From IMG/VR virus record IMGVR_UViG_3300035698_018446: a DNA stretch of 20,000 nt; one strand, 5' to 3'. Positions 9,701-17,023 of this stretch are shown here, in pieces. Position 1 is the stretch's first letter; every line of letters starts with the position of its first letter. The notes under the pieces are model-generated. The model did not search any database, had not been told where the DNA came from, and saw only the letters and a program-made list of their open reading frames with translations. The position numbers and the translations under genes are program-made. The DNA comes from an uncultured virus (IMG/VR IMGVR_UViG_3300035698_018446). Its lineage: Duplodnaviria; Heunggongvirae; Uroviricota; Caudoviricetes.

Positions 9701-11182
9701 GGCATTTCTCGTCTCTTCGGCGTCTACCGCGCCCCTGAATTCTACGCCAATGGCGCGCTAGGATCTTTTGCTGCGCCTTCTTATCGTGACGATAGTGGGT
9801 CCACGATCAGCAATATTATTCGTACTAGTGGGTCAACTCATTCTCTTTTTATTACACCTGAAGGGTCTTTTGTGATCCCTGATGACTCTGTGGACTCAGC
9901 CCAGCTTGACCCCCTCAATCCTGTACCGATCATTTTCGAGCTATCCCTGTTCGTCTATGACGTGTGGCCGCAAGATCGTAGATCATTCCTTCGTGTCTAC
10001 ACGACCAATGCGTCTGGCGACCCCGTAGCGTCGAGCTTGAGCCTGTTTGCGAATGGTCCCGCGTCCTCGGTGGATAGTGTCTTCTCCGTGTCTCTACGGC
10101 GTCCCTATCAAGGGTCTTTTGTAGGGACGATGCCGATATCCACAACAGATTCCTTGAATTTGGATCCCGTAGATTATGTCCCCAAGCGCGGCATCGAAAC
10201 GCCACCGCAGATACTAGCTCTCCAAGTGCCTTTGGATGTGGACGTGGCTAAACAGTCCAATCCCGCAGCTTTGGAGATATTGGCATCAGAGGTTTTCTGT
10301 ACCACTCAAGGTTCAGGTCGCATTTCAGGCGCCTTTATTCCGGGTTCATATACCGATGTGGGTTATATGTCCACAGCGGTTTATCCTTTCTTGACCGGAT
10401 TAGATGCGCCCCTCAAGGTCAAGGTGCGGGCACTACCCGAAGCTACAGACATGATCGCGGAAAACGTCGCCATGACGGAACGACTGCCCCAAGGGTTGCT
10501 CACACAAGATTCTTATTTCATAGGGGAGGGCTTAGGTCCAAAAGACGCTAGTTTCTGGATAGAGTCTTATCGTCCCGGCCCTTCCACGCGTGGTGATCCC
10601 TTCTTGACTTCTCAGCCTTCTTCGAGTGGGGTCATTGTCGTGTCGGATGGCACCGCGTTGGGCTCCAGTGCCTTGATAGGATACAACGCCTCCTTCAATT
10701 TGTACCGTACTTATAGAGGGGGTACGATGACGGATCAGCAAGGGTACCCTTCCGCGTATATGGGACCTACGGTATACAAAGATCTTACCCTTTATAATCT
10801 CCCACCTGAACAAGCTAAAGGCATACACGGTGCAGCCCTTATGGCCGTAGCTCTTCTCGTCCGAAATGTGCCCGAAACCGCTACAGCTTCTTCAATTCCG
10901 GTGAGCTATGGTGACGAATTGCAGATGGTGGTGATCACAGGTCTTCAGATCGGTAGAGACCTTGACCCTTCCACTTTAGGTCTTTCCAGAGAGTTTGTCC
11001 GTCTTCTGGCAGATACACATGTCACGGGCATTGGGGAGGGCTATACAGCTGTTGATCGTTTTAGAGTCGAAGGCCGTCCTATGGAGAAGGGCGCTCGGAA
11101 CTTGCAAACAAAACCAGTCGTGAGGCGTCCAGATGGCAATAACCCGCCACCGATCCCAAATCCCTGTTTCTGTCCTCCTTGA
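6773..11182 (+). CDS. Large baseplate/tail-fibre-type structural protein with DUF6519/DUF4815-like N-terminus
   Basis: 1469 aa with SD-like AGAGGG upstream. The N-terminal SRTLNANSRQFGEVVWQKNRPPLDSEFN and FVFLEVW...DP...ETSRRVQIQYRIRV resemble the DUF6519-type segment of contractile tail systems. An internal LRVGQEII.Y...RGAKGTQASTH..GA.V module is of the kind seen in phage structural proteins. Confidence 0.65.
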   Translation: MAEFFGNGVSRTLNANSRQFGEVVWQKNRPPLDSEFNLVSQVQEEARRLLLLSNTPSGFITTSSHPKLDFQCNALASNLFWLGGNLPGDIPKAIVNGWVIPVTGTLWSVDSRAAIKLPPPSAPSQEGDVNFVFLEVWQALVAANGTVNKPAEDSLWPFGNVEYGGPLLPNDLLDPAILLETSRRVQIQYRIRVISRTNLAVYPNGFNPSMRAQGPLAAQIASASPLYQYQNMRNELGDAGLWRAGDGNGTGGLLQTVDGYVYAIPICAVFRRSTGTWGVLNQQHDVAQNRNPAMTSRLNASVLADVTLAADVLPTSTVLTTVIARVDTTFPATGFLRVGQEIIGYSSWNSTTITVSQRGAKGTQASTHRLGAHVCFVTSNPLSLYSDQIVPEDVYDLRPSVNLKGHDHQGVLRHNLDRLLNGTLASAWKRSEANMKGTLHFQVDYLSQSIPAPNGTLEGDAPDGFRKIFSDAAALQPDNLMILGLAQTANTSDLTFNPTAQIKRTIALQWNRGDIVRVPLDQYRQTFKSAANEKVRFVHPLEYGDLDHDPVRVWWGNTDVQNPSTLLQNQVGYEALPFMGAGRVFTVLGEIPSGLTVPSEGLTTPLQFSAPNRLSVGGVDFSQIIPSQGVTVAAYLASIGAWIAAGDDNPTAINPANHGAWRILGTDGFTGLLVQNQDGSSPGFVTTLNIRDWYLRLESCTELDTELLVVLTGVPSVPAPYSLASTMSVTYDLLYHASQGLARCPEAGLFTRVETPNASVTNYLRELSFADKATATTATVRDFPSNPFSTLFVGTREPFPPRVTRGLSDGPDKTWGEAYVDKQSKTLLFQPVRRIQAALTPRNLNTPAPFAAAIGIPDFNLVAGAPSYYISKDILARKGRIEIPFVKIRNTLATDPPFGMNFLFQLGGGQNSTALAPNPRLTLQRVLVAYNPGSAVVFGAYVPLSSYGGNALSVPALACRRYQKEGVSGFELPAHYGISRLFGVYRAPEFYANGALGSFAAPSYRDDSGSTISNIIRTSGSTHSLFITPEGSFVIPDDSVDSAQLDPLNPVPIIFELSLFVYDVWPQDRRSFLRVYTTNASGDPVASSLSLFANGPASSVDSVFSVSLRRPYQGSFVGTMPISTTDSLNLDPVDYVPKRGIETPPQILALQVPLDVDVAKQSNPAALEILASEVFCTTQGSGRISGAFIPGSYTDVGYMSTAVYPFLTGLDAPLKVKVRALPEATDMIAENVAMTERLPQGLLTQDSYFIGEGLGPKDASFWIESYRPGPSTRGDPFLTSQPSSSGVIVVSDGTALGSSALIGYNASFNLYRTYRGGTMTDQQGYPSAYMGPTVYKDLTLYNLPPEQAKGIHGAALMAVALLVRNVPETATASSIPVSYGDELQMVVITGLQIGRDLDPSTLGLSREFVRLLADTHVTGIGEGYTAVDRFRVEGRPMEKGARNLQTKPVVRRPDGNNPPPIPNPCFCPP

Positions 11183-11198
11183 AGGTCTAAGTGATACA

Positions 11199-11318
11199 AT
11201 GACGAAGATTCGACGTGATCTTCCTTATTTGGAGGGCACGTCCCGCCTTAAAGCGCAAAAACTTTTAATAAAATGTACTGAAGAGATCCGTTTGATCCAA
11301 AACACATCCCCAAAGTAG
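11199..11318 (+). CDS. Possible small basic protein (39 aa, MTKIRRDLPYLEG...NTSPK)
   Basis: It fills the gap between the 1469-aa gene and the holin-like gene in the same orientation. The SD is weak, so it may be non-coding. Confidence 0.3.
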   Translation: MTKIRRDLPYLEGTSRLKAQKLLIKCTEEIRLIQNTSPK

Positions 11319-11327
11319 GGGGTGTTT
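11300..11327 (+). other. Bulged stem-loop upstream of the holin-like gene
   Basis: AAACAC (11300-11305) pairs with GTGTTT (11322-11327) and CCCC pairs with GGGG, with a 2-nt bulge and a 6-nt loop. There is no long U tract. Confidence 0.35.
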
Positions 11328-11344
11328 CCTGCCGGGGGGCCATC

Positions 11345-11722
11345 ATGTTGAAATCAATCCATTCCAAGATATTGTCTATCAATTGGGGCGCAGTCATTAT
11401 CGAAGACAAGGCTTTGTCATTCGGGCGCATCGCAGGTTGGATTGCTTTGTTTATGTTGGTAGGGAAATGGTCAGAAAACATCGAGCCATCTATATCCCTT
11501 GTAGAGACTTTCTGGGCACTACTTATCTACAATGCAGGTAAGAAGATGACGGGTCCTGTATCTACATTCTTGTCTTCAAGATCTTCAAAAAGTCGCGACC
11601 TTCCTTTGCAGGAAACGCATGAGTTCGCGGTTGCACCTTACGAGCCTTCTCGTCCAGTGGAGACGGTTCAAAGAGTCGACATACGAACAAATTCGATTCG
11701 TGACTCTTTTGCAGAAGATTGA
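11345..11722 (+). CDS. Small membrane protein, holin-like
   Basis: 125 aa with two hydrophobic segments (LSFGRIAGWIALFMLVG; ISLVETFWALLIYNAG), then KK and a charged hydrophilic tail. It sits immediately after the tail genes. Confidence 0.55.
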   Translation: MLKSIHSKILSINWGAVIIEDKALSFGRIAGWIALFMLVGKWSENIEPSISLVETFWALLIYNAGKKMTGPVSTFLSSRSSKSRDLPLQETHEFAVAPYEPSRPVETVQRVDIRTNSIRDSFAED

Positions 11723-11748
11723 TTTCTGTCCTGTGTTGTGATTGGTGG

Positions 11749-11778
11749 AGGGGAGGATCAATCCTCCCCTTTTCCTTT
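11749..11778 (+). terminator. Rho-independent terminator-like hairpin
   Basis: Perfect inverted repeat AGGGGAGGA-TCAA-TCCTCCCCT followed by TTTCCTTT, 26 nt after the stop of the holin-like gene. Confidence 0.7.
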
Positions 11779-11793
11779 AGAATCTGAGGTGCA

Positions 11794-12858
11794 ATGATGT
11801 GGGAAAAAGTCAAGTCATTTTTCAAGTCTGTTTGGCAATATGTGGTCAGATACCCTATGGCTGTCGTAGGGGCTGTGATATTTTTCACTGCGTTGACACT
11901 ATTGTTTGTGGTCATGCCCGGACGTGCGAAGAGAGTCAACATCGGTGGCGCTTTAGGGTGGCTCTTCGGTGAGGAAAATGTGGCTCCCCGTTTACCCGTT
12001 CAAGTCAAGCGTCCCGTTCTTGTGGGCGTTCCTGACAAAGAGGGATATGTCGAACACGAAAGTGAAGGGCATATAATCATGGAGACGGGTCCTTTCCGCG
12101 ACAAGAGCAAGGTGGTCGTTGTAGATCGGAATGGCTTGAAGCATCCCGTTCAATTACCTTCCGGGGTGGTGGATACGGATGTGCGCCGCATCATCGAGGT
12201 GCATGGAGATAAGGTCGTCGTCGAAATTAAGGGACGGCCTGAGGCTAGGGTTACGGAGGACATGCTGAAATACTTTATTATCATCTCGATTGTACTCGTG
12301 TCGATCCCTGCGTACTCTCAGGAATGCCCTTCAGGTTTTAAGTGCATTCCGGACGCGCAGGCAGCTAAAGCCAAAGCGGTCTTGGAAGAATTTGCCTGTA
12401 TGGAGCGTGCGGCGGCATCCGGGGGGTTGGGGATCACTCTGAACGCCTATCCAATTGTGGTGACACAAGCGGGACAGATCTTGTCGCATGAGTATTTGAC
12501 AGGTACGTTGTCTTGGTGCGCTTGGGAGATCCAATGGAAGATGAAGCCTTCTTTTTCAGTGACAAAAGAGGCGCCGCCGTTGATCCCTACCTATGGTGCT
12601 CGCGTTCGTGTGCGACTGGGCGCTGCGTTTGTGTTTGACTTGGATAGAAGTCTCAGGAATTCGATTGATCCTATTCTTCTTTTGGAATCCTTGTATTGGA
12701 GATCCCTGCACATCAGCACATACTTGGGATTTCAAACCTTGGGCACAAGCCTCGGCATCGATATCACCAAAAACCTTGACACCTACTTCGGCGTAGGTGT
12801 ACGTTGGGGTTCGTGGGAGGTTCAACCCGTTTTCGGACTAAGTGTATCTATAAATTAG
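11794..12858 (+). CDS. Membrane protein: N-terminal TM anchor and soluble domain, internal signal-peptide-like segment, C-terminal outer-membrane beta-barrel-like domain (possible spanin-like or exclusion function)
   Basis: SD GAGGTG and a Met-Met start. The TM segment is YPMAVVGAVIFFTALTLLFVVM. The internal segment MLKYFIIISIVLVSIPAYS-QE begins at 12262. The C-terminus has alternating-hydrophobic strands ending QPVFGLSVSIN. Confidence 0.55.
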   Translation: MMWEKVKSFFKSVWQYVVRYPMAVVGAVIFFTALTLLFVVMPGRAKRVNIGGALGWLFGEENVAPRLPVQVKRPVLVGVPDKEGYVEHESEGHIIMETGPFRDKSKVVVVDRNGLKHPVQLPSGVVDTDVRRIIEVHGDKVVVEIKGRPEARVTEDMLKYFIIISIVLVSIPAYSQECPSGFKCIPDAQAAKAKAVLEEFACMERAAASGGLGITLNAYPIVVTQAGQILSHEYLTGTLSWCAWEIQWKMKPSFSVTKEAPPLIPTYGARVRVRLGAAFVFDLDRSLRNSIDPILLLESLYWRSLHISTYLGFQTLGTSLGIDITKNLDTYFGVGVRWGSWEVQPVFGLSVSIN

Positions 12859-12867
12859 GAGTTATGT

Positions 12868-13104
12868 ATGTCGTCTTTCTTCCCGGACAGCAAAGTTATT
12901 CCCGCATATTTGGAAATGATGGAATGGGGGCTCCACGTGTTGATGCCTTCAGTACGCCGGGAAGTTCAAACTAAGCTAAAAGAGATCAGCAAGAAGCATG
13001 ACCTCAAGCCTTATCAGATCACAGCTGTTCTGAAGGATTACCCCTTCACGGAAATGTATCCATGGCTTGCCAATTTCATGTTCTATGTCATCCACGTTAG
13101 GTAG
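12868..13104 (+). CDS. Hypothetical protein (78 aa)
   Basis: AGGAG SD at 12857-12861, 6 nt before the ATG, and tight packing with both neighbours. Confidence 0.6.
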   Translation: MSSFFPDSKVIPAYLEMMEWGLHVLMPSVRREVQTKLKEISKKHDLKPYQITAVLKDYPFTEMYPWLANFMFYVIHVR

Positions 13105-13111
13105 GTATAGA

Positions 13112-14806
13112 ATGGGAGAGGTTAAACACCCTCTAGTTGAAAGTAAAATTTTAGAAAAATTGGGAAAAGTGCGTGCTAATGAGCAGCTTGGCATCGCACC
13201 TTCTAAATTTTTAAGGAAGACCCTTCAAACACCACAGGGAGAGATTGAGCTAAAGTTGCGCCCTTATCAAGTGCAGATGGTTTATCACTTACTCTTGATG
13301 ACACGCTTCATTGTTGGTGATCCCACGGGTACAGGCAAGACATTAGAAGCCCTTGGAGCCTTTTGTTACATATGGGAGCGCGAGCCTACGTTGAGGCTTA
13401 TCATTGTAACAACCAAATCGTCTTTTAGGCAATGGGCGGGTGAAGTTCGAAAGTTTTGTGTGAACGTTGAACCGATCCTAGTTGAAGGTAGTCCCAAGGC
13501 GCGGTTAAAGATTTATGAGGACTACTTTAGTTCATGGGATCCTGCATGCCCTAAAGTCTTGATCACGACCTACGCGCGCGCGCGTCTGGACAAGGTTGAG
13601 CTGTCTGCGTACCTAAAGAATGTCGATTACGCGCTCATGCTAGATGAGGTGACAGCGGTTAAAAATCCTTCATCGCAATTGCACGCAGCGATGAAAGAAT
13701 TGGGTAAAAATGCCAAGCGCATGTATGGCATCACAGCGACCATGATCAAGAACCGATTGGATGAGGGGTACGGGATCTACAAGGTTATTCATCCCCATCT
13801 CTTTGAATCAAGAAAAACCTTTCTTAGCGATTTCTGTATCACGAGAATGCAGAAGATAGGGAGGAGAGATATGCGGGTGATCGTAGGACACACCGCAGAA
13901 CATATTTACAAATTCAGGCAACACATCTTCCCCTTCTATTTGGGTAGAGCAAAGCATGATATCGCCAAAGACCTACCCATACTCACCACGCGTGAGATCA
14001 CGGTGGATCTCTACCCGGAGCAGTGGTCTTCGTATACGCACGCTCTTGAGGGTTTGCTTGAGATACCAGATGCTCTGGCAGAGGATGGCGTGAAAGTGAT
14101 CGAGACCACCAAACTGACGCAGCTCATCTACACACAACAGATCGCCAATCATCCAAGGCTCGTGGGGTTCGACCAGAATTCTGCGAAGATGGATGTCCTC
14201 ATGGATTTGTTGGAGGAAGATTACGAGGGCCAGAAGGTTATCGTTTTTACGCGCTTCCGCAAGATGGTCGATATCTTACAAGCGCACCTTGAGAGTAAAG
14301 GTTGGTCGTTAGGGTACACACAGAAGGGGAAAGAGTGTACTCTGCGTCAGGAGGGCTGTCCGGGCTTCGTACGCGTTACAGGGGCGGAAGACTCATTGCA
14401 GCGCGACGCCGCGCAAAGAGCCTTTACACAGACGGACACCACCCGTATAATCTTCCTCACGATGGCGGGATCGGAGAGCCTAAATCTACAAAATGCCGCT
14501 GCCATGATCTTCTTCGAGCTACCATGGAGCGCAGGGGATTATATCCAGATCATCGGTCGTATGATTCGGATCGGCTCCCCCATGGAACGTGTGACCGCCG
14601 TCCATTTGATTGCAAACGGACCCTTTGGTCAGAAGACGATTGATCGGCACGTCTCCAAAACTCTCGAACGAAAAATGGGACTAATTGAGCAAACCCTTGG
14701 CGGTCAGCTCAAGAGTGAACAAGATATGATGATCAGTGACAGCAAAAGTGACGTGGGGGACCTCTTCACATCGCTCATGGAGGATGCTAAGAATGTCAGG
14801 AAGTGA
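13112..14806 (+). CDS. SNF2-family (SF2) helicase/ATPase
   Basis: Motifs LRPYQ, GDPTGTGKT (Walker A), LDEVTAVKN (Walker B), ITATMIKN (III), KVIVFTRF (IV), AGSESLNLQ (V) and QIIGRMIRIG (VI). The start was reassigned to ATG 13112 (AGGT SD, no overlap with the upstream gene), giving about 564 aa. Confidence 0.9.
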   Translation: MGEVKHPLVESKILEKLGKVRANEQLGIAPSKFLRKTLQTPQGEIELKLRPYQVQMVYHLLLMTRFIVGDPTGTGKTLEALGAFCYIWEREPTLRLIIVTTKSSFRQWAGEVRKFCVNVEPILVEGSPKARLKIYEDYFSSWDPACPKVLITTYARARLDKVELSAYLKNVDYALMLDEVTAVKNPSSQLHAAMKELGKNAKRMYGITATMIKNRLDEGYGIYKVIHPHLFESRKTFLSDFCITRMQKIGRRDMRVIVGHTAEHIYKFRQHIFPFYLGRAKHDIAKDLPILTTREITVDLYPEQWSSYTHALEGLLEIPDALAEDGVKVIETTKLTQLIYTQQIANHPRLVGFDQNSAKMDVLMDLLEEDYEGQKVIVFTRFRKMVDILQAHLESKGWSLGYTQKGKECTLRQEGCPGFVRVTGAEDSLQRDAAQRAFTQTDTTRIIFLTMAGSESLNLQNAAAMIFFELPWSAGDYIQIIGRMIRIGSPMERVTAVHLIANGPFGQKTIDRHVSKTLERKMGLIEQTLGGQLKSEQDMMISDSKSDVGDLFTSLMEDAKNVRK

Positions 14807-15530
14807 ACAATGTCGGCATTGTCTGGGCAAAAAGTACATCCGAGAAGTCAAGCCTAATGCACAAGGGATTGACACTCTGTATATGCAGAAATGCATATGC
14901 TCTATCGTAGAGAGGTTTCAGGCGCGGGTGGGCACGGAGATATTCAGGGCACCTACTATTAGCGATTCGGTTTTGAGAGAGAAGATAGGTCAAAACTTGT
15001 TCATAGAGTCCAGCCGTTTGGATCTGCTCCCGCATCTTAAGAATGCTTTGTGGTATGCTGGGCAGGATTTCTTTTTTCGCACGCTCACCGACACAGAAAT
15101 GTTGGACTCATGGCTACCCAATCAAAAGACAAGTTCTGAAGGGTTCCAAGGGTACACCACCTTGGCGGACGCAGTAGAAGACCCCACGCTCTTGATCCTC
15201 AATATTGGTGTGGTCGCGTACTCGAATAGAGCCTTACCCGGCATCCTTCTCCAAGCTCTGAAGATGCGAGCGCATAAGGGCGGCCCAACATGGATTGTGA
15301 GTGATATTGGTGACAGCTTCACGCAGGGCCATCTTTGTTGGTCTGCTGAAGGTGCCGTATTCATTAAAGATAACTTTCAACACATCCGAATTCTTGCAGC
15401 TCAGAACGTGGGTCCCACATCTGCAAGAGAAGTGCTAGTCATCCGCAATGACAACATGCATACGAATATTTCCGCGAAGGCTGAAGTCCACACAAAGACT
15501 ACAAGCAGTCGTACGGCAAACTACCTGTGA
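14793..15530 (+). CDS. DnaC/IstB-like helicase-loader homologue with N-terminal zinc finger and degenerate AAA+ motifs
   Basis: The start was reassigned to ATG 14793 (GGAGG at 14779-14783). It has a CRHC...KCIC zinc finger. GQNLFIESSR lies at the Walker A position, PTLLILNIG at the Walker B position, and LKMRAHKGGPTWIVSD matches the sensor region. The gene is directly upstream of DnaB. Confidence 0.6.
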   Translation: MSGSEQCRHCLGKKYIREVKPNAQGIDTLYMQKCICSIVERFQARVGTEIFRAPTISDSVLREKIGQNLFIESSRLDLLPHLKNALWYAGQDFFFRTLTDTEMLDSWLPNQKTSSEGFQGYTTLADAVEDPTLLILNIGVVAYSNRALPGILLQALKMRAHKGGPTWIVSDIGDSFTQGHLCWSAEGAVFIKDNFQHIRILAAQNVGPTSAREVLVIRNDNMHTNISAKAEVHTKTTSSRTANYL

Positions 15531-15539
15531 AGGCTTCCA

Positions 15540-17021
15540 ATGTCTCAAAACGCTCATGAAAAGATTCTTAGATCCCTTATCCGAGAAGGGGATCCCATGG
15601 ACCAAACACTCCACAAAGATCTGGTGGACAATTACACGATTCTGGATTCATCCGGCATTCGTTTTGACGATGAATCTGGAAAAGTGTGGGCGTTCCTGCG
15701 ATCCTTTTACATTGAATTCAAGGAGGTTTCGCATATCGATGTGGCGGTGAAGTTCTTTGCGGACAAACGCGACACGAACACGTCAGATTATATCGATGTG
15801 TTGCGCTCTATCGTTCCCGTGTATCGATCTGAATTTCAAGTCTTGGTGAAAGACACACTAAACACTCAGAAGACCAGAGACTTCGCCACTCTTTTGCAGA
15901 AGTCCGCTCAGATATTGAGCGTTGGTGTTGTGATTAAGAAAGACAAGGAAGAAAAGTATTATAAGGGGTACTCCGATGCCATGAAACACATCATGGAAAA
16001 TGCGGACTATTTCTTATCCGCCCCATCAGGTAGCAAGAATTCGGGTGATCTCAATGATGATACCGAGGAATTGCGCGCAAATTTTGAACACGCGATTGCG
16101 CATCCCGGTCAGTCATGGGGCTACGCTTCGGGACTAGAGCCGATCGATAACGTGTGCCGAGGTTTGAAGCCGGGTGAACTTTGGATTCACGCGGGCTCAA
16201 TAGGGGAGATGAAGACTTCTTTTGCGATGAATTGGGCATACAAACAAGCGTTTGTTTATGGTCACAATGTTTACTACTACTCCTTGGAGATGCCCTACAG
16301 CCAGATTCGTCTCATGTTTGCTGTCATGCATAGCGCAAATCCTAAGTTTGTTCAAAAGGGGTACCCCCTGCTATCCTACGCAGCGATCCGTGATGGGGTG
16401 AATCCCGACGGGAGCATGGTGAGCGCGAAAGACATCGAATACTATGACTTCCTTCTCAAGGACATCGACTCTAATAAGGATTACGGTAGGCTCCATATCG
16501 AGGTGCCAACTGAACCCGTGACCATATTAGAGATGCGCCACAAGATGGAGGTCTACCACCAAAATACGCCGATCCACATGGCGGTTATTGATCATCTCTT
16601 GCTCGTGCGGCCACAGAAGATCACGTCTAATCCTTATATGGACTTGAACACGGTCATGCGCGGCGCGAAGATGTTGGCGATGCACTTCAACGGCGGCGAA
16701 CGTCTCCCCCTTCTGGGGCTCTTGCAGATCAATCGCAAGGGCAAAGAGGAAGCGGACAAAAATGATGGGATCTACAAGACGCAAGCGCTCGCGGATGCGA
16801 ACGAGGCGGAGCGCAGCGCGGATGTGATTTCGTACTCTTACTTGAACTCCGATCTGAGGAACGCGAACCAAGTCAAGATCGGATGCCTCAAGAATCGTGA
16901 AAACCCTCATTTTCAACCCTTCACGGCCTCCGTGGATTGGGGTCCAAGATATATCGGCCATCACTACGATCAGAGCGGTTCCCTACCCGATATCAACGCC
17001 CTTGAGCTACTAGGCAACTGA
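15540..17021 (+). CDS. dnaB: DnaB-like replicative helicase (SF4)
   Basis: SGLEPIDNVCRGLKPGELWIHAGSIGEMKT (H1), YYSLEMP (H1a), AVIDHLLLV (H2), LLQINR (H3), LADANEAERSADV (H4) and KNR, in the DnaB order. Confidence 0.9.
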   Translation: MSQNAHEKILRSLIREGDPMDQTLHKDLVDNYTILDSSGIRFDDESGKVWAFLRSFYIEFKEVSHIDVAVKFFADKRDTNTSDYIDVLRSIVPVYRSEFQVLVKDTLNTQKTRDFATLLQKSAQILSVGVVIKKDKEEKYYKGYSDAMKHIMENADYFLSAPSGSKNSGDLNDDTEELRANFEHAIAHPGQSWGYASGLEPIDNVCRGLKPGELWIHAGSIGEMKTSFAMNWAYKQAFVYGHNVYYYSLEMPYSQIRLMFAVMHSANPKFVQKGYPLLSYAAIRDGVNPDGSMVSAKDIEYYDFLLKDIDSNKDYGRLHIEVPTEPVTILEMRHKMEVYHQNTPIHMAVIDHLLLVRPQKITSNPYMDLNTVMRGAKMLAMHFNGGERLPLLGLLQINRKGKEEADKNDGIYKTQALADANEAERSADVISYSYLNSDLRNANQVKIGCLKNRENPHFQPFTASVDWGPRYIGHHYDQSGSLPDINALELLGN

Positions 17022-17023
17022 TC

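Noticed and set aside
1..11182. Bacterial extracellular contractile injection system rather than a phage
   Set aside because: The structural genes are contiguous and co-oriented with a full phage-type replication module, which favours a phage.
12593..12796. Embedded +1-frame ORF as an Rz1-like outer-membrane lipoprotein
   Set aside because: It lacks a basic n-region, a clean h-region, a convincing lipobox and an SD. It also overlaps the barrel-like half rather than the TM-anchored half.
13572..13585. Palindromic ACGCGCGCGCGCGT run
   Set aside because: It is a single occurrence explained by the YARAR codons in the SNF2 gene.
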